A DNA stretch of 56,183 nucleotides, filler included, from Jimgerdemannia flammicorona (Eukaryota): the NCBI GenBank assembly GCA_003990765.1. It is 3 parts of 3 records of this genome, joined end to end, with 100 filler letters (N's around TTAATTAATTAA, not from the genome) between each part and the next. Parts side by side here need not be neighbours in the genome. Positions count along the whole stretch, not along the records: positions 1 to 18,662 come from RBNJ01002143.1; 2 more parts are not named here. One strand, 5' to 3'. A program made the translations under genes and the position numbers. How positions within the stretch are numbered: position 1 is the stretch's first letter; every line of letters starts with the position of its first letter. Below, piece by piece: positions 1 through 13,600 of the stretch. The notes under the pieces are model-generated. The model was not told the origin of the DNA, did not search any database, and saw nothing but the letters and a program-made list of their open reading frames with translations.

Positions 1-66
1 GTGACAGTTAGTGCCAGCAGTTATCATGCGAGGGTAACATGCAAAAATATTAACAAGATCGCAAAC

Positions 67-295
67 CTCCAAAGTATACGCTGTTAACTGTTCTTCCCTT
101 CAAGCGATACCGCGGATCTCGAAGGATGTGGGCTAACTCTGTGCATATCGCCGATCTCATGCGTTCATGAGGCGGATTGGCAGGGTTGACGTACTTGTTG
201 AAATTGCAGTAGGTGCACTTGGTCTCGCAATACGGCCAGTGAATATATATCGAGAATGGCTGTTTGGATAGTAAGGCACTCACTCGAGACGCCAT
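67..295 (-). CDS. Radical SAM heme chaperone HemW/RSAD1-like protein, first exon (gene continues off the window)
   Basis: MASRVS...SIYIHWPYCETKCTYCNFNKY...VNSVYFGG: CxxxCxxC radical SAM motif in HemN-like context; GT donor at 66. Confidence 0.85.
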
Positions 296-551
296 TGTTT
301 TGAATGGAGAGAGACAAGCCACAAGTTCGACGACGCAAGTCACTATTGGTTCTGAACGTGAGAACTTTATTTTTTAGCGAAAAGGGCAATGCCTCCACTA
401 AAACGCGACTATACAGTTTGAAAAACGAAGTATGGTACGCTTATAAAGAGCTCAGTTGAGAATTGAAATGAAAAACGGACGTTTACGGCGCCAAACGATG
501 GATATACCGATTCCTTAATCATATTTCACATGAAAGAAACGTAGTGATTAC

Positions 552-1685
552 TTATTTATCGTTCTCCGCCAACACCAACACCGAGGGCCACTGCATCTTG
601 AAGGTCTCCATATCCCTATCTTTCAAACCAAGCACCTCCTGAAGCTTGCGCGCCATCCTCTCGATCGGATCCTCAGCGTCCGGGAACTTCTCGCGGTAGT
701 TGGCATAGGAAGACCAAGTCTTGATGAAGGTCTCGAAGTGATCGAGGGTCATGTCTTGCTCCATGAATGGAAGGGGCGAGACAGAGCCGATATTGTCGCT
801 GTTGAGCTCGTCGTGGGAGAAGTGCCATTGGACATTCTTGAAAGGGAAACTCACGTCGCGGTAGAAGTTATTGAGGATACTGATCCTGGGCTCTGAGTTG
901 AAAGGTAGAAAATATTAATTTTAGAGACGGAAAATTCACGTCGATTGTGATCATGTTATCGGAAGATTTCAAATCTACCCCAGTAGGGGCCCAATTCGTT
1001 GACCCCACAGTCGTAAATGATATTGCTCGCCTCCTTGTTGCCCACGACGATGGCATACGAGTATCCAAAGACAGCTAGTGTGCCTTGCGGCTTAAGGATG
1101 CGCTTGGTCTCCTCAAAGAACTTGGGATGATCGAACCAATGGAAAGCCTGTCCTGACGTGATGATATCGACGCTGGAGTCGGCAAAAGGAAGTTCCTCGG
1201 CGGGGGTTTCCCGGTAGTCGATGTTGGGTTTCTGGACGGCGTGGGAGAGCATCTAGGACGCCAATAAATGGTTCAGGTGCGGAACGGAGGATCGAACAAT
1301 GTGATTTTGGTGAGATATGGTTGGTTGCTAGTGATGACAATGCAACAGATGGCAGAAGTAATATACGTACGATATTTGAGCGGTCAGTGCCGTGAACCTT
1401 TTCAAACTTCTCGCTCAGGGCTTCAGCAACTTGACCATTACCTAATGTAATTCGATATGGAAGGTTCAACGAATTGGAACGCACAGTCATGGTAATTATT
1501 GCTGTAACGTTTTCAAGTCCATAGCTCCAATTACACTTACCCGTCCCAACATCTACCGCGTCCAAAAACTCGCCTCCATTCTCAGCATGAAAGCAGTAGA
1601 TTAGATCGTACAGCGCCGGAGCGTAGGTTGGGCGAAAATTGCGATAGCGCGCGGCGTTGAAAGTTGTGCGGGAGAAGGTGGTCAT
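552..1685 (-). CDS. Class I SAM-dependent methyltransferase (Methyltransf_11, Tmt1/Crg1-like); exons 1685-1541, 1441-1371, 1252-979, 892-552
   Basis: YRNFRPTY, motif I DVGTG|NGQ, AEELPFADSSVDIITSGQAFHWFD, LKPQGTLA, TWSSY; GT-AG junctions restore the frame. Confidence 0.88.
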
Positions 1686-2651
1686 TGTATTATGGATTAT
1701 GTGCAGTATTCTTTTTCAATGAGTGCAAGTGTAGTCTGACAAGGGCGCTTTTATCCTCGCTTCAGGACCACAGCATTAGATCGACCGGCTCATTCCTTTT
1801 CCGCAGTATGCACTGTGAAATTTGATTGGCGAAACGGAGATGCATGGGCTTCTGTGACTAATTCTTACCCGACCTCTCGGGGTTCAAGCATTTAACGCCA
1901 TGCAGGGATATAGCTTTAGGTTTTGTGAATCTTGACGGTGGCTAGTCATAGACATCCGAATTCTCCCGCTTAGAAAGGGAATCATGAATCTACCGTTCCT
2001 CATTCCCAGAATAGAAGTTGCCCTCACTTGCCTAATCCAAAGCAAGCGGCAATCTTCCGATCTCCGATGCCTCCGTTCCTGTGAGTAATTCGCATGTGTA
2101 TATCTGACAAGCGTCCGTCATGAGGTCATGAGCGTCATGTGTATTAAAATGTTATAAGCTGATTGGCACAAAGTTATTTACCAACGACAATGCCCCAAAT
2201 GACCAAAGCGAAACCCTATACGAGCTGTATTTATCATGACTCATGGGATGAAGTTTTGGTGAAATCCAGGCTTGAGTCGGACATCGATAAAATCAATGCC
2301 CCTAAGACACTAAGATCCTAAGGACAGCTCCACCCAGCAAAGCCCAGCAAAATCACTGGCGCATGTATTGAGTTTTTCACGACCCAATCCTTTTGTAAGG
2401 GGCTGGTCCCTGAGTATTTCTTATTGCTTAGTCTTCACTAAAGAATTGACTGAGATATAACTGAGAGGTATTCATATATCATTTATTGGAGCATTGCATG
2501 CCATTTAACAAATAAAGGAAATAACAAAGGGAGAAAAGACCACGAGTGAAATCACATGAAGAGCAAAAAGAAAGAAAAAGTGCATGAATAACCACAAATA
2601 AGGATCAATAGTCAATAGGGATCATTAGCAAAAAAATCCTTGAGCGGTCTC

Positions 2652-4115
2652 TCACTTTTGCAACAGGGTAGTGATCAACCTCTTATACCCGTCCACCGAC
2701 TGTAGCAACTCCTTCTTGCTGATGAACTCGTGCGGTGCGTGCGCGCACAAGATAGACCCGGGCCCGTACAAGTAGGATTTGACAGGACTCTTCCAAGCGC
2801 CGATATCTATCGCAAGCACGGGACGAATAAAATTTGTTTCAACAGAGCGGGGCGAGGATCCAAATCCATATTTCCCGAGAAAACATCAGACACAATGTGA
2901 CTTACCAGTATTATATTTCATGACATCAGTCTCGAACCCTTCCACAACCTCGCACCTGACGGGCTCAAATGTGATCTGCCTAACGAGGCGGACGCCCGGG
3001 CGGTCGCCGACGGCTTCGAGGATGAGGCGCCAGAGGTCGTCGACAGTGGTGGTAACGCGGCACATGATGTCCGCAGAGGCGAGAGCCGGAATCACGTTGG
3101 CCGCCACTCCGCCGGAGAGCAGGCCGATGTTCATGGTCGTCTCACCGAGGCGCGCGTCAACCGGAAGTGCCTGAAGGTGGGTGAAGTGAGTTGGTGAAAT
3201 TCCGGGGATGGAGAGGTGAAGTTGTGAGCCGTACTTACTAGGTGTTTCAGCGTGTAGAGGACCTCTATTAGGGCATCGGTCGCGGAAATGCCGAGCTCCG
3301 GGTAGCCGGAGTGGGCTGGGGTGAGGTGAGGTGAGAGTATAAGCAAGGTTTAATTGAAACTGTGGAATCAAGAAGAACCGACCGCCAAAACTCACCAGCT
3401 TTACCGGTCACCTCCACGCGAAACTTGATGATTCCCTTGTGACCTTTGGCAAGAATCAATTCGGTCGGTTCACCTGTACGCAGCCAGTTGGGAAGACGTT
3501 AGCACACAGTTATCATCCCCATGCCAGACACAGAATGCATCTACACACCGACAATCAAAAACTCGGGTGTGATTCCAAGATTGTTTGCCTCCACCATGCC
3601 GACGTGATCGACCTCCTCGCCAACGACGTAAAGTACACTGAATAATCAAGACGAAGCGAACGTCATCAAATCAGTGGGCAAGGCACCCACTCTAACATAT
3701 AGCAACTTTCCATCCTTCCGTCGACCTACCCCAAATCCCCCTCCCCCAATCTTCCATCTCTCCATAACTCATCCGCGGCAACAATCTGCGCAGCAACGCT
3801 TCCCTTTGCATCAGCACTCCCCCGTCCATACACGTTCTCGTCGTCCTCTCTATACGGAATATAAGGCGGTACGACATCGATATGAGAGTTGAGCACGGCG
3901 CGCACGTTCCGGTTCTTGCCCGGGTAGGCGAAGACGTTCTCGCGCGCCGGGCGCGACCCCTCGGCGGGACTGACGAGTTGGGTCTCGACGGTCCAGCCCA
4001 AGGCGCGGAGGTGCTCGGCGAGGAATACGGAGCATGGATGCTCGTTCTCGGTTATGCAGTCGATGGAGACGAGGGAACGGTGGAGCGCGAGGAGGGCAAA
4101 ATTGGTTGTCGACAT
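2652..4115 (-). CDS. Peptidase M20 family (acetylornithine deacetylase-like), multi-exon
   Basis: NSHIDVVPP, YGRGSADAKG, VGEE, GEPTE, AHSGYPELG, GGVAANVIP, YGPGSILCAHAPHEFI; stop at 2652-2654. Confidence 0.88.
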
Positions 4116-4586
4116 TGAGAGTGGGGTCAGGATGAGTTGTTTCGACAAATTTTTTTGATGGTGCGTCACGTGACAACCGATATATATTCTAACCCTAACC
4201 CCGTCACACAAACGGATGACCTATGAAAGGAGGGTACATTTACGGGAACAAAGACCGAAGAATTTTAAGAATACTCAAGCAAGTCATGCAATGGGTACCA
4301 AAAATGAAATTAGATACAGCATGAAAAGTGTGGAAGGATGAGAAGCGTGAATATATATATATATATAACGACACGTTGTGTCATGTTAGGCCAAACCGGC
4401 TGCTGCCGACCCTGTGATCCGGCCGAGAGAACGTGCGGAGTACACACTCCCGTTGTAACCCATCCCAAATCCGGAATGCACGACGAGGAGATGGCAGTAA
4501 ACACTCTCAACGCTTCCGTTCCGGATCCCAACCAACCACGAACCAACCAAACCCACCAACTAATTCCCCCGGCCATACACGACACG

Positions 4587-7325
4587 CTACGCGCCATAAA
4601 CGTCCGTTGCCTCGAACTTGGAGGTGAAAACGAATCGCTGTTCGTTGACGAGTGCCTCGATCCTGAGCTCGGTGAGGGAGAAGATGAAGTCAATACGCAT
4701 GTCGACACGGTCGCCGATCTTGACGCTGGGCAGGTGCGGGATTTCAATCGGGAAGTCGGCGATCTTGGTTATGCCCCGGTCCGTCACCTGCCGCGGAATC
4801 GGCGGGTCGTCGTCGTACGCGTATAGGTCGGCTGTGTGTTAAAAAAATTGACGTGAGCACATAGAGTAGTGAGAAAGCACAAAACACACAAGAATGGGAT
4901 GAAATATTGTACGCACCTTCCGTGTTCTTGGGATACGTGATCCAAAAGTTCTTACTAATCCTAAAATCAACCCCAATTCTCTGCCCCTTCTTAATATAGA
5001 CATCAAACCTAGTCGAGCACCTCTTAATCCCATCGTTGGTAACGACGGCTGATTCCTCGGGGTCTTTTCCTTCCTCGAACGTCATGCGCGTCATCACACC
5101 ATAACTGCGCCTCGAGATCTTCGACGTAACGATGCGCGGGTTGAGGCCGAAATAGACAGCCCCACGTACGACGGCCAGCTCGCCGCGGGGCGGCGCGGCG
5201 ATCTTTCTGACGCGTGCGTCGAACTGAGCGCGGACGCGGTCGTACAGGTAGTCAGAGGAACCAAATCCTCCCACGAGGAAGATGGCGTCCAAACGTCCCG
5301 GGACCTGCGAGATCTGCTGCTCCATAAGCTCGAGGACTTGCAGGATCACCGGGTCGAATACCTCCGTTTTAAGCTCGCTGGCGGGAAGGCGAAGGACACC
5401 GTCCTGAAGGATGCGGGAGAAAAAAATATTTAGTAAGGAGGTGTGCGATCGAATGTACATCAAAGCACTGCTGGCATATCAACACATAATGTCATCATAC
5501 CTCAAGACCAATCTTTTCGTCCGTGAGTTGGTCCAAATTGGCGGAGGCCGGGAGGTTGATGAATTGATCTTCGTTGCCATCATACCCAGGCTACGCAATG
5601 GAATAAAATTTTATCAATCAACGAATCTCCCATAAACCGACAAATACATCCCATCACAATTTAACCACCAAAAAATCCAGGGCCAAAAAAAAAAAAAAAA
5701 AAAAATTCAACCTTAACCGTCTCAACAAACGAATCCATCATACTCTCAAACGCGCACGCAGGGATCTGCGCCATGTAATCCCTAAATTTATACGCCAGCA
5801 GCCTCCGCATATTATTATCCAGAAATACGCTTCCACACGCGCCGCCATGGCCGGAGGTGACCTCCTTGAGTGTCCTCCCGGCAGAGGTATCCTCGATCTC
5901 GTAGACGATAAGATCAACAGTGCCGCCGCCGGCGTCGCAGATCATGAAGGTGTTGCCGTGTTTCAAGTTCCACTGGTCGCACTTCTTCTCACAGTACAGT
6001 GCCGCGGCCTCGGGCTCCGAGATCAGCATCAAACGTTCGGGGTGGTCGTCCGGTTTCACAATGCCCGAGCGAACGGCGGCCTCGCGCATGGTGGATTTGG
6101 CACGGTCAGACCAGATGGCGGGGACGGTCAGGCACTGAGTGGGACGAGTTAGGATTGTGATAAGATGGAGAGATCGCATTATATATTCTCTTAAACCCTC
6201 CAACACCAACATCATGCTGCCCCCTCCCCCCCTCTCTCTCTCCTTCCTTCCTCCTTCACTCATCTACATACGTATCGGAACTGATGCGGCCCGTAGTTAT
6301 TCGCGAAGCCCTTGCGCAACTCGGCCATAATGTGACCGTGCATGCACTTGAGGTAGTCGACGATAGCGTCGAGGGCCGTGAGCCCCTCGTTGAGAGGAGG
6401 TAGGCCCAGCTTCTCGTAATCGTCGTCGAGGTAGAGCTTGAACTGGTGGAGGAGCGTGCCATCCTTTGAGGTCGGCTATAGGTGTAAGGGAAAGAAATAG
6501 ATGGGTTGGTTGTCGTTCGCTTGGTCTGTGCACGAGTGGAATTGAGCTGTGCGGACTTTGTGTACCGAGATCTCTCAGGTGGGAGAGTATACACAGGATC
6601 GGGCGTACCTTTAGCATGGTCAGTCGCGCTCCGTTACCCCATTCCGTCACCTTTTTCAAACCTTTCCTGTAATACAGAAGGGTCGGCGTCTTTGGGTATA
6701 TGTTGTTGTTTTGCTTGGGCCATTTCGTGATGTCGTGTATGTCAGCTTCGTTCTGCGCGAAGGCGTAGCTACATCCCTGGATTACAAGTCAACACAGAAC
6801 CGTGTTAGTGATTCATTGTTGACACCATCTCGAAAGCGTGACGAACCCGTACCAATCCGAGCCAACCCACCCCACTCCACATACCGAGTACGTCGTGCCA
6901 AAGTCGATGGCAATCACGATCGGGTACTCCTTGTAGTTGAAGTTCGCGCTCTTGGCCGTGTCCTGTTTGGGTGTGGGCCGCCCCTGCTGCGACTGCGACG
7001 AAGGCAAAGGGGAGGGGGAGGGGGAGGGGGGAGCGTGGCTCGGCTGGTGATGGTATTGTTGCTGTTGTGGTGGCAGTGGTGGTGTAGATCCTCCTAGGGT
7101 AGGTGAGCCTGGGTAGAACGGTTGATGGGGCGTGGCATACGACTGAGGGGTTGGGTAGTATGGTGGTCCTCGGGTGGGAAACTGCTGTTGAGGGAGGTTC
7201 TGCGGCCGTGGGGAAATTGGGGAGGCTGAAGGGGATGGTCCCACCGGGGACATTGGGCGACCGTTTGTGAACGGCTGGGTGCTTTTCTGCATAGAAGGGA
7301 TGGATGTTCGGTGTCGTGCGTCCAT
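4587..7325 (-). CDS. HSP70-12A-like actin-fold ATPase with Pro/Gln-rich N-terminus, multi-exon
   Basis: IAIDFGTTYS, LTVPAIW, ISEPEAAALYC, ICDAGGGTVDL, FLVGGFGSSDYL, VVRGAV. Confidence 0.88.
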
Positions 7326-7999
7326 GGGTTCAAATAATAGTAGAAGCCGGAGGAGGGGGTAAGAAGGTGCAAGGACTGTCCTTTGACACACCTTATTTAT
7401 AGTCTGGTCTGCTGCACACCAAAATAAAACATGGTACCTTGGCCATCCCGTAATCTTTCTTTCTTTACCTTCTTTGGTTTTCCCTCCTGTAATCCTGTCC
7501 TTGTTGATTGGCAGAGTCGTCCGCCGACGCTATATTCACTCTGTTCTCATAATAAAAAAAGAAATCAAACCGTTCCACATTAACGCTCTATCTCCAAAAA
7601 GGATTCCACCGTGTCCCCACCCAAGCATATGATGGTCTGCCCAACAAGCACCTTTCGGAAACGTTTGCTGTAATTACCTAGACGCCGATCCAGTAAAACA
7701 ATTACTGCGCGCAGAGGCAGTAATAAGAATGTGGAACACATTGTTTTCTCACGAAATATACATAAACAGATGGGAGCGAATCATATTGAAGTAAACGGAT
7801 CTATAAGTTACGCTGGGCTGAGGGGCAGAAAATCCCAGCGGTGGGCTGAGATCCCAACAGTTTCCAAATCTCGCATTATACTTCAGGAAATGTAACGTCA
7901 AACCAACCAAAAACCATTTTGGGACCAGACATGACGTGCATTTAGAGGGGTGTGTACTTATAGAGATTAGAGTATATGCTATGTGATATGACACCTTTC

Positions 8000-9247
8000 T
8001 CTACTAGTAGCTATCATCCTGATAGTGGCTATCACCCTGACAGTGAATGTCACCCCATAAATAGCATTCTATAGTCAACCAGATAGTGACCAAGATAGCA
8101 ACCACAATGTATAAAATACCCCAGAGACAAGAGTGAATAAACCTCAGTTCCGAAATACAAAGCAAAAGACAAGTTTGTCTACTATACTTCAAGAGATATA
8201 CCTGTCAAAAGCCACTTGATCCTAAAGGAATTGAATTGCAACACTTAGGAGAAATGCCTGCTCTACAGCCACTACTAAGAGATTGTGAGCTTTGCCCCTT
8301 TCCTACTCTGGTCCACTTTCTGTTATAAAGAATGAGTCTGTTTTGGTTTACTTGTTAGATAAGTCTGAAGATTTGCTACCTAAGTTCAAGGAAGAACTTC
8401 ACTGCCATTTCCCAGTAGAAGCCCACTGATTTAGGAAGAATCTGCACTATCTGAGTAGTATTCCCAGTTAAAGCTACTAATTTAGGAAGAATCTGCAATT
8501 CTAAGTTATCCATACCATCTGAGTTATTTCCCAGAAGCCCACCAATTTAGGAGAATTCATGTCATCTGTTATTTCCAAGTTATCTGTATTCCCAGAAGAG
8601 TCTGATTCACAATATCTGAGTTATTCATTTGTTCTCAGTGAGCTGAATCGAGTTATCTGTCAGAAATTGCATACTTTTAGAGATTGTCTCACTACACAAA
8701 TTGTGATATTTCCAGTTGATCCAAATAAAGAACCCAGTCATACTATATAAGATTGTTATACAGAAATTGTATAAAGAGAACTACTAAGTTGCCAGACTGT
8801 CACACCTAGAAGATCATCATACTATATAAGATCATCACTCAGAAATTACATACTTTTGGAGATTATCATACTATATGAAATTCTATCAATTTCCAGTTAA
8901 CTTAAGAAGGAAACTCATTTATACAAATTACCACTATATCCAGAGAACAGTCCCAATAAGGAAACCACTTGCAGATATCCAGCTTTTGACTATTATACTA
9001 CTAAACACCAAGGATCTCAGGAATCTTAGAACATTTTGTTACTTTTTAACAAAGTAACTAGAGGCTCAAGCCAAACTACATCAACCCCCAACCTTATAAT
9101 TTACCTCCATTGAGTCAGGCATGTTATAATATATATTATTAGTATATTATTAATATAGATATTCTTGAAGTAGTATAGTTTTATATATTTGCTAATTATA
9201 AGAGAATTTAGTTTATATAATTTATCTATATTAATATATAATATAAT
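8000..9247. repeat. Degenerate AT-rich repeat-derived DNA with imperfect ~45-50 bp tandem units (8400-8620)
   Basis: CpG-poor; recurring TTCCCAG..AAGCCCAC.AATTTAGGAAGAATCTGCA units; no recognisable protein. Confidence 0.45.
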
Positions 9248-10216
9248 TGTAAGAGAGTTGCTTTTTAGGGTAACCATTATATAGTTCTGGAAGAGTTTTC
9301 TAGAAGTTCTGGATATTCTGGAAGACTGTTTTCTTATGGTCAAGATCAATTTTATATGGAGTACATCCTCTATGCTTATTGATTTCAAGATCAGATTGAT
9401 GTCTCAACCAAAGTCCTTTTTCAGACTAGTTCTAGATATTCAGGATTTTCCATATTTCAGAAAGTTTAAGAAACTAAGACCAGCTTAGTTGAATTGGTGT
9501 ATTGCTGCAGACAATACCCAATTAGGAAATTTCATGATGGGGTTAGGAGTGAGATCTAACAGAGAGCAGATTTACTTAAGAGTAGTTTGTAGATTATTAA
9601 ATAGGTTTATTCACTATTTATGATATTACTATACTAAGAGTAGTTGTGTAAAGAGATATTGTGGAGAAGTGCTCAGGAGTTGTGTTTGGATTGTTCTTGT
9701 CTGGTGGTATTTGACCATGTCTTCCAGAAGGCAGCTGATCTGATAGTAGCTTGAAATTTGTCTAATTTGGTGGGCCTCACTAAGCATATTCAGAGCATTC
9801 CATCAGGCTTCTGTGAAGTAGAGGAGTGCCAGGCTATGGATATTCATAAGGGGCAGAGGGGGTGTGGCTTGGTTGACAATGGCATTCCAAATGTCAGTAT
9901 GGATACAGTTGTAGATCTCAGTGGTCATATTTGTGTATTTAGAAGTTGTGATTATTGTTTGTTTTGGTTTTTTGTTTCAACATGTCTTGGTGCTCGATAT
10001 ATATACATTTGGTTCTAATTGGTAAGATTCTGTTTGTGTAAATCTTGTGTTCCATGACTTCATGTTGACTCAGCTTTGTGTGCTGTGACTTCAGTTTGAC
10101 TCAGCTTCATGATCATATAGATGATTTCCAGATTTATTCAGAGGTTGCATGTGATTTCAGTGGCTTGTTCAGAGGGTGACATGTGATTTCTGTGGCTTAG
10201 AGGTTGTGCACTTACA
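9248..10216 (-). repeat. 3' LTR (short, internally deleted 969-bp form)
   Basis: TGTAAG...CTTACA termini; colinear with 16697-17665. Confidence 0.93.
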
Positions 10217-10230
10217 ACTCTCCCCTTCTT
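10217..10230 (-). other. Polypurine tract
   Basis: AAGAAGGGGAGAGT on the minus strand directly before the 3' LTR. Confidence 0.85.
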
Positions 10231-10659
10231 AGCTTTTGATATCCTCATTGGGGCCTTCTAATTTTGTTCTAGTATTGTTATACTATTTGGGAGATCAAAA
10301 GTCCAGTGAAGTCCATTTTTCTCAGAAAGTGGCATGCTTGTAGTACAGTTGTCTAATGTGTTGGATTCATATATTAAAGGGTCATGTATTCAATATTGTA
10401 CACCAGAAGTAATTCTGACGTCATTCATTGCTGGAGAATTTTCTCTAAAGAATCTTCTTAAATGTCTATACCTCATTTCCCACCAGTAGTATGGAGAGAA
10501 TAGGCTTGCTTTCAGTTTTGCTATTTTTTCAGAGGGTCAGTATTCTTTTGTCTTGACTTACTGAGTTCTTGATTTGATTTATGATAATTATACTGTTCAA
10601 AAGGTAATATATAGTATGTACTAATAGGTGTTAGAGTGTTCAGGTTTCAGTTATTCAGG

Positions 10660-13600
10660 GAATCGTATTCCTGAACTAGGTTGGTAGTATTCTGGAGGTT
10701 AGTCTTAGGTTCCTATATTGTATCATGGATTGGATAACCTTTCCATTTGACAAGATACTCAGGATAGTTCTTGTGATCATGCTTGTTGAGGATTTGTTCA
10801 ACTTCATATTCTTCTTAGTCATTAATAATAACAGATATAGGTGGTTTGATAGTTTGGTTCAGGAATAGCTTGTCATCATTTTCATTATATCACTTGAGAC
10901 ATTGAACATTGAAGACTGGGTGAATCTTAATAGTATCTGGTAGTGCCAATTTGTAGGAAGTAGAAGAGACTTGTGCAATGACTTCAAATGGTCTGATAAA
11001 CTTGCTATTCAATTTTGTAGATGGTCTGTGCTTGAGATTGTCAACTCAGTATCCTCGGATATCTAGTAGAACTTTTTCTTCAATATCAAAGGTTTCTTCT
11101 TAGCAGTGTTGGTTAACATACTGTAACTGTTGTTCTTGAGCTCATAATAAATTCTCAATGGCAATCTGGCTTAGATTGCACATTTAAAGTAGGAATTCTT
11201 CAACAGCTTCAACTGTGGAGGGTTTATCAGTAGTTTGGATAAGTGTCAGAGGGGTGTTTGGGTTTTGTCCAGTATTGACAAAGAATGGGGTCATTTCTAG
11301 AGAGGCTTGCTTGCTATTGTTATAGGCAAACTTGACTGTAGTGAGGTGTTCATATCAATCATCTTGTCTGTAGGAAACATAGTTCCTTAGCATTTGTTCC
11401 AGAGTTTGGTTCATTCTTTCAGTTTGGCCATCAGTTTCTGAGTGAAAGGCTGTGGATAGTGTGAGTTTCATTCCAAGGTATACATAGAGGGCTTTCTAAA
11501 AATGGCTGGTGAATTTCAGGTCTCAATCACTAATAATGATCTTAGAAAGACCATGATAGCAGAAGATATTGTCAAACAAGAGTATAGCTATGTCTGGTGC
11601 TGTTGCAGTAGTAGTAGTTGGTACAAAGTGAGCTTGTTTGCTGAGATAATCTACAAAGACAATAATTGCATTTTTTCCATTCTTGGTTTGGGGTAGTTAT
11701 ATAATAAAGTCTATAGAGATTTATTCCCAATTAGCAGATGATACTGGAATAGGGTGTAGTAAACCAGGTTTTGCTAGTGTTGAGGACTTATTACATTGGC
11801 AGACATTACAGGAAGTGATATAGATCTTTAGTTGATCTGCCATGTGGGGCCAATAGAAGTTTTGTGAGATAACTTCATAGTATTTGTCAAATCCTAAATG
11901 TCCAGTGGTAGGCATATCATAACATTCAAATAGGATAGTCCTTCAGAGGTCTCGGTTGTTTGGAACATACAATCTGTCCTTGTAGTAGATAGTATTGTCC
12001 TTTAGTTGGTATTGATAATACTGAGTATACTTGTCAGCATCATTACTGTTCAGAATTTCTTAGAGTACTTGAGCTTCTTTATCATTAGCATATACTGTGA
12101 TAATTTGTTCTATAATAGAGTTTGTAACCAGGGTGAGGGTTTAGATAACTTCTTCGATTGGTGGTCTAGAGATTATATCAGTAACAATATTTTCCTTGCC
12201 AGGATGATACTGAATTTTATAGTCAAAGTTGGTGAGGACTTTCATCTATCTGGCTTGCTTTTGGGAAAGAGTAGCCTATGTCTTAATATTGACTAATAAC
12301 TTATAGTCAGTTAATACAGTGAAGTATGCTCCTTCTAGGTATGGTCACTATTTGATCAGAGTATCTACAATGGCTAACATTTTCTTCTTGTAAGTTGCAG
12401 GAGTGATAGGCCACAGGATATCCTTCTTGCATGAGCACTGCTCCAAAGACTAGGTCAGAGGTATCAGTAGTAACTTCATATGGTAGAGCAGAGTTTACTA
12501 CTTGAAGTACTAGAGTAGTTATCAAGATATCTTTCAGTTCTTGAAAGGCAGTATCTTGCTCAGATCCCCAATTTACAAGATTGTTGAAGTCTTTCTCTTA
12601 TTTCATGGTCCAGGGCTGTTCTTCTTTCTTACTATGCTTGGTCATTTGGGTGAGAGCAGTGGTGATTTTAACAAATTACCTGTAATAGTTTGCTAATCCC
12701 AGGAATGACTGGAGGTCTTTTAGCTTCTTGGGTCTGGGTCAATCCTTAATTATAGAGATTTTACTGGAGTCCACTTTGATTCCATTTAGTGTGACAATAT
12801 GTCTAAGAAATTGAATTTTCTTCAGAAGGAATTCACACTTACTGAGTTTTGTAAACAGTCAGTTTTCTCAGAGTTTCAGTAATACTAGTTCAAGATGTTC
12901 AAGGTATTCCTCCAGAGTTTTGCTGAAGACTAGGATGTCATCAATGTAGACAACAACGAATTTATCCAGATATGGGTGTAGAATGGTGTTCATCAGTATC
13001 TGGAAGGTTGCAGGAGCATTAGTTAAGCCAAAGGGCATAACCAGGAACTCAAAATGTCCATAGTGGGTTTGGAAGGCTGTCTTGTAGATATCTTCTTCTT
13101 TCATGGTAATTTGCCAGTAACCATTTCATAGGTCAAAGGAGCTCATAAATTGTGGGTTAGTAAGTCTATCAAATATTTCATTGATTCTGAGTAGTGGGCA
13201 ATGGTTCTTGATGGTCTGTTCATTGAGGTCATGATAATCAATGCACATTTACAGGTCTTCTCCTTTCTTGACAACAAAGAAAACTAGTGCACCATAAGGC
13301 AATATACTGGGTCTGATGAATTCTTGTTCTAGGAGTTCATCAATTTCTTTCTTGAGTGCATCAATTTCTCTTGGCAATATAGTAGATTGACTAGAAGGCT
13401 GGCTTAGCATCTGAGATAGTCTTGATTGCATGGTCTATTGCTTGTTTAGGAGGTAGGCCTTTTGGGAGCTTCTTTGGGAATATATTTTGGAATTTCTGGA
13501 GTAGTGATCTGACATAGCTGTCAACTTTGGAAAAGTCTTCTTCAGAGTTCTTGGGTTCTCCTTTAGATGGACAGATAGAGATAGCAAAGAGAGGGCATTT

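Noticed and set aside
67..7325. Co-oriented radical SAM, methyltransferase and peptidase genes as a biosynthetic cluster
   Set aside because: All belong to ordinary housekeeping-type families; the radical SAM is HemW-like and there is no backbone enzyme or precursor peptide.
8400..8620. CRISPR-like repeated units (also 25780-25920 and 53424-53540)
   Set aside because: Degenerate tandem repeats without unique spacers, in a eukaryotic context with no cas genes.
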